From positions 64,001-128,000 of the IMG/VR virus record IMGVR_UViG_3300032285_004073: a stretch of 64,000 bases of DNA; one strand, given 5' to 3'. Position numbers and translations under genes: made by a program. The stretch comes from a virus. Below, piece after piece: positions 9,643 to 19,767 of this stretch; position 1 is the stretch's first letter; the number at the start of each line of letters is the position of its first letter. The notes beneath the pieces are model-generated. The model did no database searches. It saw only the letters and a list, made by a program, of their open reading frames with translations, and was not told the DNA's origin.

Positions 9643-10505
9643 AAAGCATTAAATCTAGCATTAATTTTTTTTTCTAAAACATAAAATTTAGACCCTTCTT
9701 CTATTTCATCATCCCATCGATTGTGCCAATGCCATGCGAATGCACCATCAAATAATTCTACAGATTCTTGTTTTTTAAATGGATTTAAATTTGTTCTTTC
9801 AAATCCCCATTCAGAATCAAACCAAATTCCGGGCAATACAGTTAAGTCGTTTTCAGAAACTTTACTATATAGATGATTTCCCCATATGTTTGTATTTTTA
9901 TTTTTAGGAGAAGTAAGAAGGTTTTGTAATAATTCAATAGATAATGAAGATTCTTTATCTAATTTCATTATAGCACCATTCATTGTTATTGAAGGCTCGT
10001 CTGAATTGAATCCAGAAGTACCCCATTGATATAAAAATTCTAAATCAGATAAAGGAGATAGATTTCTCAAAACTAATACATCCATATCTATATAAAATCC
10101 ACCATATTTATATAATACTAAAAGTCTGAACAAATCTCCTTCAAGATAACAAAGATCATCTTGTATTTCTTGAATGTTTATTTTACCTTCTAGTAAAGTA
10201 TTTTTGGTTTCTTCTAACAAATCCCATATTTTAAAATTTACATATGAAGAAACTTCTTTAAAATATTCGTTTTCTCTTAAATCTACATTAGACCAAAGAT
10301 TTATTTCTACATCTCTATGATTTACTATTATAGATTTTAAAACAGCAAGCTGTTTTCTTCCAAAATCTTTTGGTACTCTCCAAAAACAGTGAAAAACCAT
10401 CGGAATTTCTTTTTCCTTTAAAGTTTTAGCATGTGCTAAAGATTTTAAATAGGAATTTCTGTCTGGTCTATAAAGATCTAAATTATTATTTAATATTTTA
10501 ATCAT
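9639..10505 (-). CDS. DXD sugar-binding glycosyltransferase (GT32/Gly_transf_sug-like)
   Basis: DLFRLLVLYKYGGFYIDMDV, AWHWHN. Confidence 0.85.
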   Translation of the reverse strand: MIKILNNNLDLYRPDRNSYLKSLAHAKTLKEKEIPMVFHCFWRVPKDFGRKQLAVLKSIIVNHRDVEINLWSNVDLRENEYFKEVSSYVNFKIWDLLEETKNTLLEGKINIQEIQDDLCYLEGDLFRLLVLYKYGGFYIDMDVLVLRNLSPLSDLEFLYQWGTSGFNSDEPSITMNGAIMKLDKESSLSIELLQNLLTSPKNKNTNIWGNHLYSKVSENDLTVLPGIWFDSEWGFERTNLNPFKKQESVELFDGAFAWHWHNRWDDEIEEGSKFYVLEKKINARFNAL

Positions 10506-11151
10506 TTAATGCTTCGTTTTTAAAAACCATTAAAGTGTTTTTAACATGCGAACCGTTTGGTAAAAACGGATCTAAAACATTTTCAAACTTACCAACCTCT
10601 CCATGTTCATTCTCAAATCTATTATTTCTATAAGCAAAAATAGGTAATAAACTTCTTAAATTTAAAGATAAACTCTCTTCATAGGAAAAATTACTTTTCT
10701 TAAACTTATCGATCCAAAAATCAGCTACTTGGCAATTTACATGATGAAATCCGGGTTGCCCGGGTAATGCATGTGTCATTGCTACTAATTTACAACCTTC
10801 AAAGGTTTTCATAAAATTAGCACTATATTGTTCTTCTACATGTTCAACAAATTCACAACACCAAGCTAGATCATATGTTTTTTCTAAAATATAAGGAGCT
10901 TCCGTATAATCATGAATTTTAATGTGAGATTTTACAGGAGAACTTTCTATAGCATCAATAAAACCTTCTATACCTATACCTTCAATATTTTTATCTATAA
11001 AATATTTTAAAGAATGTCCCGCACCACAACCAACATCTACCATGCTTTTGATTTTAAACTTTTCTATTAAAGCATCCCAAACTTGTGGAGCCCATGTTCC
11101 GATATCATTTGATATTATACATCCTCCTAAATGTGATTTTTCTGTACTCAT
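10498..11151 (-). CDS. Class I SAM methyltransferase
   Basis: HLGG, MVDVGCGAG, YDLAWCCEFVEHV, THALPGQPGFHHVNCQ. Confidence 0.8.
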   Translation of the reverse strand: MSTEKSHLGGCIISNDIGTWAPQVWDALIEKFKIKSMVDVGCGAGHSLKYFIDKNIEGIGIEGFIDAIESSPVKSHIKIHDYTEAPYILEKTYDLAWCCEFVEHVEEQYSANFMKTFEGCKLVAMTHALPGQPGFHHVNCQVADFWIDKFKKSNFSYEESLSLNLRSLLPIFAYRNNRFENEHGEVGKFENVLDPFLPNGSHVKNTLMVFKNEALND

Positions 11152-11927
11152 TGGTTATTTGTTTTTTCTAATATAAAATTTCTATATGTTATTGGCTTTC
11201 CGTCGAGTTGATGTCCACTATTACCTTGCCTTTCATTAACAAATGGTTTAAATTTATTATTAATAAATTCTATTTGTTTATCTGTATCTAAAGAATAGAT
11301 AGGCTCAAAATCTGCATTATAAAAGAATATACTAGGTCTTTCGGGTCTATTAAGATAACCATCATTATAAACATCAATTAGATTTTCCGTTTGCTGCCCC
11401 GGAATTAAAATAACATTATTAAAATCTAATACTTTTATTTTATAATTATATTTTTTAAGTATATCTTCTAGCATTCCTAGTGAATATCCGAAATAATGAC
11501 TACCATCCCAGAAATAATCTTCATCATATTTTACTGAAAATTTAATATTGGCTGGAATCTTTTCGTTTATTTCACTTACTATTACTGAAGGTTTATATTC
11601 ACTTAATATTTTATCTAAAACAAAAAAATCATATCCATCTATATCTAAAGTTAGATAAAACCCGTCTGGAACATTATTTTCTCTTAAAATTTTTAAAATA
11701 TTTTCGGGATTTACTTTTGTATTTAAAACTTTAACTTTAGTATTTTTTAACTTTTCTTCTTGTATAGGAAATTTTGCAGGGTCGCATTCAAACATTAAAC
11801 CTTCCCACCCATTACGAAATAGTAATTCAGATTCTGAAGCTTCTGTATAACATGAAGCGCCTATATCAACAAAGTACTTTACAGGAAGAGTTAAAACACT
11901 ATCTTTAATTTTATCAATGGTTGTCAT
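11148..11927 (-). CDS. FkbM-like methyltransferase
   Basis: FVDIGA, GWEGLMFE, LTLDIDGYD, PSVIVSE. Confidence 0.7.
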   Translation of the reverse strand: MTTIDKIKDSVLTLPVKYFVDIGASCYTEASESELLFRNGWEGLMFECDPAKFPIQEEKLKNTKVKVLNTKVNPENILKILRENNVPDGFYLTLDIDGYDFFVLDKILSEYKPSVIVSEINEKIPANIKFSVKYDEDYFWDGSHYFGYSLGMLEDILKKYNYKIKVLDFNNVILIPGQQTENLIDVYNDGYLNRPERPSIFFYNADFEPIYSLDTDKQIEFINNKFKPFVNERQGNSGHQLDGKPITYRNFILEKTNNQ

Positions 11928-12729
11928 AATTTTTATTTTTAATAAAGTCCGTCCAATAACTTATTTTAAGTTTTTCAAAATTCCACTCTTTTTGAATAAT
12001 TTCTGTATATTTTTCTTCCAAAAAATTTTTTTCTATTTGATTCCAATTTGTTATGAATAAAATTGGTAAATCGGTAAAAAGATGATGAGCATTTTCATAC
12101 CTTACGATAGGAATACTACCCATATAAAGTGTTTCCCATAGTCGGTGTGTATCAATACCATTTCCCTTTGGACAAAACACAAATTTTGATTTTTTTATAT
12201 CCTTTAAATATTTTTTTCTACCTTCTAAAGAACAGTCCACCGTTCCTTTATTTACCCACGATTCGTTTGAGAATTTTTCAAAAATTAAATTTCTTTCGGA
12301 ATGATTTGTTGATGTATTAATGTTTAAATAAGATAACTCAATTTTCTGTAAACTACTATCATTAAAAACATCAAACATAATATTTGTATTTCCATAAATC
12401 GGATGAAGATTGGATTCGTTAGAATTATTGGTTATACCAAGTGGTATTCCAAAACAATTATCTTCTTTATTATCTTTATTTATACAAAAAATTTTTTTAA
12501 ATTTTTTTGCTATATTAGTAGTTATGGGATAATCTGAATGCCCAACTACACAAATATTATCTACTCTAGTAGGATGAATACTACCTCTCCAATCAAAAAC
12601 TCCAGTATAAAAATAATCAGTTTTTATATAACATATATTATTTTCTAAACAAAATTTTAAATATTTATCTGTTGTAATAATATCAGATTCATCATATGTA
12701 AAATTTTCTATTTTCATACTAATATCCAA
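11914..12729 (-). CDS. Exostosin-like (GT47) glycosyltransferase
   Basis: SKFVFCPKGNGIDTHRLWETLYMGSIPIV. Confidence 0.85.
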   Translation of the reverse strand: MDISMKIENFTYDESDIITTDKYLKFCLENNICYIKTDYFYTGVFDWRGSIHPTRVDNICVVGHSDYPITTNIAKKFKKIFCINKDNKEDNCFGIPLGITNNSNESNLHPIYGNTNIMFDVFNDSSLQKIELSYLNINTSTNHSERNLIFEKFSNESWVNKGTVDCSLEGRKKYLKDIKKSKFVFCPKGNGIDTHRLWETLYMGSIPIVRYENAHHLFTDLPILFITNWNQIEKNFLEEKYTEIIQKEWNFEKLKISYWTDFIKNKNYDNH

Positions 12730-13388
12730 TTTAATTTAATTTTATGATTAGAATCAGGTCTTGCGGGTATATTATGATAATATACTTTTATATCTATATC
12801 TAGGCTATCTACAAAATCTTTGAAAGAAGAAGAAATACAATGAATTTCTTTTGCATTTTCTATTAATTTTCTATAATCAAACATTATATTTGTATGTTTT
12901 TCTACAAAAATTTTTTTTATTTTATCATCTATTAATTTGTATTTGATTCTATCGATACCGTCACTCCCTTTATTATGTATTAATACATAATCTTCTTTAT
13001 TAGGATTTAATTTATTAAAAAGATCTTCTTCAGATTCTTTGTTTCTTTTTATATAGAAAGATTCCCATCTTTTATTAAAATCTATACCAGCTTCTATATA
13101 AAAAAGTTGATCCCATGTTATATTTTCTGGAGGAGACTTAAATCCAACTTTAATACATGGGATATTATTGTTTATAATAATTTGATCAGCTTGCGAATCA
13201 TCATTAACAATAAAAAAAGATAAATTTTTAACATCTTCATACATAAACTTTACTGATGGTAAATTATGTTTTTTAACAATTAATTTGTAGAATTCAAATT
13301 GATTTTTTTTTATAATTTCACGAACTAGTCCATTACATATTATATGATCTCCTAATCCCAAATGGTGATATATAATAAGTTCTTTCAT
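12714..13388 (-). CDS. Putative GT-B-type glycosyltransferase
   Basis: N-terminal HHLGLGDHII motif (GLGD as in GT9-like enzymes), YVLIH, IENAKEIHCISSSF; position in the glycan operon. Confidence 0.5.
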   Translation of the reverse strand: MKELIIYHHLGLGDHIICNGLVREIIKKNQFEFYKLIVKKHNLPSVKFMYEDVKNLSFFIVNDDSQADQIIINNNIPCIKVGFKSPPENITWDQLFYIEAGIDFNKRWESFYIKRNKESEEDLFNKLNPNKEDYVLIHNKGSDGIDRIKYKLIDDKIKKIFVEKHTNIMFDYRKLIENAKEIHCISSSFKDFVDSLDIDIKVYYHNIPARPDSNHKIKLNWILV

Positions 13389-14269
13389 TTTATTAAAAAA
13401 TTTTTTAATGTTCTAGTTGCTTTCCATCCAAATATACAACACGTTTTTGATATATCTGCACAACTATGCTTTAGCTCTCCGATTTTTCCTTCTGTATATT
13501 CAATTTTATCAGAAATCCAAGAAGCTAATTGATTGATTGATATATCATTACCAGTGCCTACATTATAACAATCTCCATAAGAACTTAATTCTGTAGAAGA
13601 TGCTTTTATATTGATGTCCACGACATCATTTACATCAACAAAATCTCGTGTTTGAGTACCATCTCCATAAATCAATAAAGGTTTATCTTGGTTTTTATTA
13701 TTTAAAAAATTAACAAGCACTGAAGAGTATGGACTAATAGAATTATTTTTTCCATATACATTAAAATATCTCAGTGAGATTGTTTCTATCCCGTAAAGAT
13801 TATAATAAATCTTGCAAAGATTTTCTCCATATAATTTAGACACAGAATATAAATTTAAAGGATCAACTTCATCAAATTCTCTGTATACATATTTGTTATT
13901 TGATTGTTTATATACTGCTGAAGTAGAAGAAAATATAAATTTTTTTACATCCATTCTTCTACAAGCTTCCAAAACATTTAATGTAATATTTGTATTATTT
14001 AAACCACTTTCTCTTGGAAATTTATTACAATAATCTATTGATATGTCAGCTGCTAGATGGAAACACCTATCTACTGCATAAAAGCAGCTGAGTATCTCAT
14101 CGAAATTATTTAAATCATAATTATAATATATAGCACCATCTACAATATGATTATTTTTATTATTAGAGCTGTTATTATCGATAACGATTACGGTATCTCC
14201 AAGATCAACTAATCTTTTTACCAAATTACTACCAATAAATCCTTTACCGCCAGTAACTATACTTTTCAT
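13385..14269 (-). CDS. NAD-dependent nucleotide-sugar epimerase/dehydratase (extended SDR)
   Basis: VTGGKGFIG, HLAA, SSTSAVY, YSVSK (YxxxK), LRYFNVYG. Confidence 0.92.
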   Translation of the reverse strand: MKSIVTGGKGFIGSNLVKRLVDLGDTVIVIDNNSSNNKNNHIVDGAIYYNYDLNNFDEILSCFYAVDRCFHLAADISIDYCNKFPRESGLNNTNITLNVLEACRRMDVKKFIFSSTSAVYKQSNNKYVYREFDEVDPLNLYSVSKLYGENLCKIYYNLYGIETISLRYFNVYGKNNSISPYSSVLVNFLNNKNQDKPLLIYGDGTQTRDFVDVNDVVDINIKASSTELSSYGDCYNVGTGNDISINQLASWISDKIEYTEGKIGELKHSCADISKTCCIFGWKATRTLKNFLIK

Positions 14270-14926
14270 TTATTGTTTTAAAAAAACCATATCCCACTCT
14301 ATAGTTTTTATGGGTTTATATCCTTTATTACCTAGGAATTTTACTATTTCGTTTGAATTATAATTTTTTTCTATTAAAAAACAATATATATTTGTTTTTT
14401 CAAAATTTATAGAATTTAAAACTTGAAGTTCTGCACCTTCTACATCAATTGATACTAAATCAATATTTAATAAATTGTATTTTTCTAATAAAGTTTGTAA
14501 TTTAAATGTTTTTATTTTTATTTTTTTGTGTGTAGAATATAAATCGTGTCCTACTGGATAATCTTTATATTGATTTAATTCTCTATTAATTCTTTCTTTA
14601 TGTTCTTGTGGATAAAATTCAATTATTCCACTTAATACATTACAAGGACCTCCAATACTTAAAAATTCCACTTCTCTTTCTTCGTTAGAGATAGCACAAT
14701 TTTCTTTAAATGATAAAGGACGAGGATGTAGATCCATTTTATTAAATTCAATAGGATTTGGTTCTATTAATAAACCAGACCAATCCCTTTCTTTTTCAAA
14801 AAACCACGTATTAGATGCTCCAAATCCGTCCAATGCACCTACTTCTACAAAAGTTCCTTTTGTTTTTTTATTAAAAATTTGTTCATCTAAAATTATATCT
14901 TGATTTATTTGTGATTTACTATTCAT
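14270..14926 (-). CDS. FkbM-family methyltransferase
   Basis: FVEVGALDG, WSGLLIEPNP, IDLVSIDVEGAE. Confidence 0.88.
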   Translation of the reverse strand: MNSKSQINQDIILDEQIFNKKTKGTFVEVGALDGFGASNTWFFEKERDWSGLLIEPNPIEFNKMDLHPRPLSFKENCAISNEEREVEFLSIGGPCNVLSGIIEFYPQEHKERINRELNQYKDYPVGHDLYSTHKKIKIKTFKLQTLLEKYNLLNIDLVSIDVEGAELQVLNSINFEKTNIYCFLIEKNYNSNEIVKFLGNKGYKPIKTIEWDMVFLKQ

Positions 14927-14938
14927 GTTTATTATTGT

Positions 14939-15619
14939 TTAATAAATGTTTAAAGATTGTATATATTCATCTGCTGGCCCAAAGAATTTATCATTTTCAT
15001 CTATAGGTTGACCAACAAACCAAATTTTATCTCTTTCTACATTTCTTGGAGTCGGAAAATCACAATCATGGGTAATATTATCATATTGTGCATATTTTTC
15101 GTATATATATTGCAAGAAATATTGATCCATACCATGCATATCACTGTTATGTTGGATATAATGTTTTATATGGTCTTCTATATCCGGAACTATACCACCT
15201 TTAGAACCAAACATACCACCTAAAATAGGATAATCTGGTGTTCTGTGATATTTTGGATGGTCTTTCATTATATGAAAAGACTTCCCAGATTCTAACCATT
15301 GATCCACTGCTTCTTTTTCTCTTATGCTTAATCTACAGTCTGTATCTCTAGACATAAAATAACTGATATCCTTTTCTCCAAATGGTAAAAACCTATACAT
15401 CATAGAGTAGTGACTACCTTTTCTTTTACATAAAATAACTTCTGTATTGGGAAATTTTTCTAATTCTGGAATTAAATCAAAACATTCTTTAAAAATATAA
15501 AATCTGCATGTCCAATCTGGAAATAATTTTAACGCTAATTCTGCATTTTTTAATGCTCCTATGCTATACATAGGATGTGTTCCATAAACACAAAAGGTTA
15601 TTATTTTTTTAGTTTCCAT
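14939..15619 (-). CDS. Putative GT-A glycosyltransferase
   Basis: YSIGALKNA, MYRFLP, SRDTD (DXD), FHIMKDHP, ILGGMFG, DQYFL. Confidence 0.55.
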   Translation of the reverse strand: METKKIITFCVYGTHPMYSIGALKNAELALKLFPDWTCRFYIFKECFDLIPELEKFPNTEVILCKRKGSHYSMMYRFLPFGEKDISYFMSRDTDCRLSIREKEAVDQWLESGKSFHIMKDHPKYHRTPDYPILGGMFGSKGGIVPDIEDHIKHYIQHNSDMHGMDQYFLQYIYEKYAQYDNITHDCDFPTPRNVERDKIWFVGQPIDENDKFFGPADEYIQSLNIY

Positions 15620-16923
15620 TTTGCATCAAATTCTGCCCATTCTTCTGGGACACTTTCAAATTTATTATCTTCTAAATTTCCCCATCCAGTTGCTACTTTA
15701 ACATAATTTTCTTTTAAAAATTCATCAAAGTTTTTTTCTTTATTTTGGGTTTCTGTGTTTTCATTTACATAAATGCTAGGTTTTTCATTTTTTTCTACCT
15801 CGCATTGAATTTCTTCTATCATTTTATTATCAATTAAAGGTTTTAATGTTTTGAGAATAGCAAGGTCGTAGCCTTGTGTATCGCTTATATATGTTTTGAT
15901 ATAATTAATTTTATTTTCTTCTAAGAAATTTTTTAAATTTACTGTCGGAACTTTTATGGTTTGATTACTTTCAATTAAATCATATAAAATAGATTCTTTA
16001 TTAGCCTTTAATATAGAACTAGAATCTCCATTATTTTTAGAAATATTAAAATCAATAAAATCATTATGTTTTTCACATATTGCTGCGTTTATTATTGTTA
16101 CATTTTTATTATCTTTAAAGCGATTTTTTAAATGTTCACAAAAATTTGGATTCGCCTCAAATGCATATATTTCATCATATGAATTTACATAATTCTGTAA
16201 ACTATTTCCAACATGAGCTCCTACATAAATTAAAACGTTTTTTCTAGAAATAATTTCAGGAAATTCTAATTCTTTTCTTTTTGTATAAGTCTGTTGATCT
16301 ATCCCAAAATAAGATTCATTGCGAATATATAACTCATCAAAATTTGCTTTTTGCCAAGCTGGATGTTGGTGTTCAATTATTATTTTATTTGATCTATATA
16401 CTTTATTGAGTTTTAATGAAACATCTGTAAATTCATTATCACACCAAAGACTAATATAATCTGGGTGATATATATAATTAAATCTATCATAATATTTTTT
16501 CCCTAAAATAGAAAGAGTGTTAATGTTGTTTTGCCCTCCATCATTATACCAAAGAACACCATCACTATCTTTAAAATGATCATTCATATCCTTTCTGATG
16601 ATTTCATCATATCCCTGTTCGATAGGAATCATATCATCTGATGCTAACATAATAATATCCCAACCACTAATCTTATCTATGTCAGCATTACAAGCTTGAA
16701 TCTTTGTTTTGCTGTTTCCATAAAAATAGGCAATTTTTATATATTTTTTATAATCTTCAAATTTTTGCCTTACTATATTATTATTCATTTCAATATCATC
16801 AAGATCCATTGAAATTAAAAATGCTAGTCGAGATAAATCTGATGCTTTGGAAATATATTGATCTAAAACATTAAAAAATTTAATTGATCTTCCTCTGGTG
16901 GGAAATTTTATTAGTATTTTCAT
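15601..16923 (-). CDS. Fusion: GT2-like glycosyltransferase plus FkbM methyltransferase
   Basis: N-terminus KFPTRGR...ASDDMIP...WCDNEF...HQHP; C-terminus YVGAHVG, FEANP, SDTQGYD, IQCE. Confidence 0.75.
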   Translation of the reverse strand: MKILIKFPTRGRSIKFFNVLDQYISKASDLSRLAFLISMDLDDIEMNNNIVRQKFEDYKKYIKIAYFYGNSKTKIQACNADIDKISGWDIIMLASDDMIPIEQGYDEIIRKDMNDHFKDSDGVLWYNDGGQNNINTLSILGKKYYDRFNYIYHPDYISLWCDNEFTDVSLKLNKVYRSNKIIIEHQHPAWQKANFDELYIRNESYFGIDQQTYTKRKELEFPEIISRKNVLIYVGAHVGNSLQNYVNSYDEIYAFEANPNFCEHLKNRFKDNKNVTIINAAICEKHNDFIDFNISKNNGDSSSILKANKESILYDLIESNQTIKVPTVNLKNFLEENKINYIKTYISDTQGYDLAILKTLKPLIDNKMIEEIQCEVEKNEKPSIYVNENTETQNKEKNFDEFLKENYVKVATGWGNLEDNKFESVPEEWAEFDAKWKLKK

Positions 16924-16941
16924 ATTATAAAAATAATTTTA

Positions 16942-17484
16942 TTAATTTGTTGACGGATAATAATAATATATCGGACCTTTTATAAAAACTTCTGTTTTAA
17001 GTTTGCCTTTTAATCTTTGAGAAAAATCTTTATCTTCTTGCCAATATTTGTCTGGAAACTTTGCATCTAAAGCTATCTCTCTTTTAATAGGATTTAAATG
17101 ATTAGGACATCTATAATAAATTTCATTTTCTTCATACCAATCTGTATACTGCAAAGAGTGAATAAATTTCTTTGGTCCTATATCTTTTAAAGTTATTATG
17201 CCTTCTATTCCTACACAATCCGGACTTTGTTGAATAGCATTCAGTATCCCAAAAACATAAAAAGGGGAAATCATATCATCATCATCAATAAAGACTACAT
17301 AATCACCCTTTGCTGCTTCTAAAAGTTCATTTCTTTTAGCTCCTACACTCTTTTCACCGTTATCACAATTAGCTAACATTTCTATGTGTGAATTGGATTG
17401 AGCTTTTAAGACTCTTGCTAGATTCTCAAATACAGGTTTTCTTGATTCTAATGTTGCAGTTAATATAGAAAGTTTTTTACTCAT
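16942..17484 (-). CDS. GT2 glycosyltransferase
   Basis: LSILTAT, GAKRNELLEAAKGDYVVFIDDDD. Confidence 0.85.
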   Translation of the reverse strand: MSKKLSILTATLESRKPVFENLARVLKAQSNSHIEMLANCDNGEKSVGAKRNELLEAAKGDYVVFIDDDDMISPFYVFGILNAIQQSPDCVGIEGIITLKDIGPKKFIHSLQYTDWYEENEIYYRCPNHLNPIKREIALDAKFPDKYWQEDKDFSQRLKGKLKTEVFIKGPIYYYYPSTN

Positions 17485-17485
17485 T

Positions 17486-18961
17486 TTAATTTACAATGTA
17501 ATGACTTATATTATTATTACTATTTTTCAATGTTATATTGTTTATTTTTTCAAGACAATTAGAAACACCATCTTTTTTATGGTAATTTTCTCCTAATTTA
17601 CCTGATTCATAATTTCTAAATCTTTCACCGTTTTTTAAATGAAGTTCATTTTCTATAGGATTATTTAAACGGTGCTCGTGTGGAATACTATAATATTTTC
17701 CATAAGGATGTTTGTAAGGTGTTAATTTTTCTTTGATACATCTTTCATAAAGATCATCATCTTCTTTACCCCATCCCACAAATTCATTACTATAACCATT
17801 TACTTGTCCATAATGTTCTTTAGAGAAAGTTATAACTCCACCCATGATTTTATCTGGAATATTAATATAATTGAATTGACTACAATGACTGCTAAGATGA
17901 GCCGGCTTTTCTGGATAACTATAATCTGAAATTTCCGGTATTAAATCTACATCATGAAAACAAATATAATCACCAGTAGCTTTAGTAAAACCTATATTAT
18001 TTAATAATCCTTTATTAAAGGCTTTTTTATCACCTTGTTCCACTATTATTATTTCAAAGTCTTCTACTTGTTTAGAAAGATACTTTTGCAATAAAGGAAC
18101 CATGTTTTCAAGTGCTAATTCTCTATCTCTATAAGGAATTATAACTGATAATTTTTTGCCTTTATTAACTATTTTTTTTCTACTATAGTGAGTTTGTAAT
18201 TCTATTAAACTTACTAAGACTTCTTTAAGGCTTGGTTCTTGTATACTGCTCGTAAAATGTCCCCATTTTTTAACAAAGTAAATGGCTGATTTTTCTAAAT
18301 TTTCATTATATCCAGGTTTATTAGTAATAGAAGAATTTTCATTACTACCTTCTATATCCGTAAGATATTCTTCACTATTTAATAAATCCGGAAAATACCA
18401 AAAAGGCGGAGCTACATTTTTCTTTATTAAGTTATAAGCAAAGTCTATATGCTCGAAAGCATTAGTATATCCTTCATCAAAATAACCTAATTTAGTTATA
18501 AGATTAGCATGAACATACATAAATGCACCTTGAGGATTTTTATAAAATCCGATTTTTACACCATCTGGTTGCTCTAGAGTATATTTTAAAGTATCACCAT
18601 TATTGTTTATTTTTTCAAAACATAGATGATGTATGCCAGTAGAATTTGCAGCTTTAATATAATGCTGAAATACTTTAGGATCTTTAATTAAGATATCATC
18701 TTCTATAAGAAAAAGATGCTTATATCCCTTTTCTATTAAAATTTTAAGAGCTTTGTTTTTAGTTTTGGCAATACCAAGTTGCTCATTATTTAATATAACC
18801 TCATCTGCATCTCCTTTTTGAACATAAGGATTAGTTCCATCATTTACTACAACTAAACAGCCAATTTCATTCCTAGGAATGGTTTTTAATACCTGGGAAT
18901 AGTAGTCTGGTCTGTTATAGGTGAGTATTGCTACTCCTATTTCTGATGGTATTGTTTCCAT
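17486..18961 (-). CDS. Fusion: GT2 plus GT7 (beta-1,4-galactosyltransferase-like)
   Basis: N-terminus ILTYNRP...LIEDD...GYFDE; C-terminus IIPYRDR, FNKGLLNNIG, CFHDVD, GGV, GWGKEDDD. Confidence 0.85.
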   Translation of the reverse strand: METIPSEIGVAILTYNRPDYYSQVLKTIPRNEIGCLVVVNDGTNPYVQKGDADEVILNNEQLGIAKTKNKALKILIEKGYKHLFLIEDDILIKDPKVFQHYIKAANSTGIHHLCFEKINNNGDTLKYTLEQPDGVKIGFYKNPQGAFMYVHANLITKLGYFDEGYTNAFEHIDFAYNLIKKNVAPPFWYFPDLLNSEEYLTDIEGSNENSSITNKPGYNENLEKSAIYFVKKWGHFTSSIQEPSLKEVLVSLIELQTHYSRKKIVNKGKKLSVIIPYRDRELALENMVPLLQKYLSKQVEDFEIIIVEQGDKKAFNKGLLNNIGFTKATGDYICFHDVDLIPEISDYSYPEKPAHLSSHCSQFNYINIPDKIMGGVITFSKEHYGQVNGYSNEFVGWGKEDDDLYERCIKEKLTPYKHPYGKYYSIPHEHRLNNPIENELHLKNGERFRNYESGKLGENYHKKDGVSNCLEKINNITLKNSNNNISHYIVN

Positions 18962-19767
18962 ATTTCTTTTAAATTATCCAATACTTCTGATTCTGTAGCT
19001 ATTTTTTCAGCTGGTCCATAGCCTTGTGATACTGAAAAATTATTTTTTTCTATAAAATAATCAAGAGCTATCTTAAAAGTCTTCATAAAATCCTCTTGTG
19101 ACCTTATTTTGCTATCTTGGTGATTAGCTTTAATATCTGAAATACAATCTGAGGAACCATTTATATCCGCAAACCATCTAAAAGGAGGGTGATAACCTGC
19201 TTTGATAATTTGATAAGTATGATCAACATGCTCTAAAGCATTGTAATACTTTTCATCCATATAACCACAATCGGTAATTGTGTCTTTGTGGTAGTAACTA
19301 AGGGCTCCTAATACATTTTCATAGAGGTCAATTTTTAAATCTGATGGGTAATTTATAGTCTTTTTAATATTAGGAAGTCCGTATCCGTTTAGATTATGGT
19401 GTCCGTGTAATGCAAAATTAAAATGTTTAATACCAGTAGCTTCAGATGCTTCTATGTATTTCTGAAATATTTTACCATTGGTTATGGTAATATCGTCTTC
19501 CATTAAAAAGATATGCTTACAATTATTTTCTAATAGGTATTTTAAAGCTGCATTTTTGGCTTTACCAACACCTTGATAACCTATTGTGTCTATAATCTTT
19601 AATGAATCATCTTTTATTTTTATAGATCCGTCATTAATAATGATTATTTCATAGTCAGGATAATCCTTTAAAGCTTTAACCAAACTATCTTTGGCTTGAT
19701 TAAAGAACTCTATTCTATCACAGGTTATAAGACCTACACCAATTTTAGACGATGTTTTTTTTGGCAT
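18937..19767 (-). CDS. GT2 glycosyltransferase
   Basis: LITCDR, KNAAL, FLMEDD, GYMDEKY, EHVDH. Confidence 0.85.
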   Translation of the reverse strand: MPKKTSSKIGVGLITCDRIEFFNQAKDSLVKALKDYPDYEIIIINDGSIKIKDDSLKIIDTIGYQGVGKAKNAALKYLLENNCKHIFLMEDDITITNGKIFQKYIEASEATGIKHFNFALHGHHNLNGYGLPNIKKTINYPSDLKIDLYENVLGALSYYHKDTITDCGYMDEKYYNALEHVDHTYQIIKAGYHPPFRWFADINGSSDCISDIKANHQDSKIRSQEDFMKTFKIALDYFIEKNNFSVSQGYGPAEKIATESEVLDNLKEIWKQYHQK

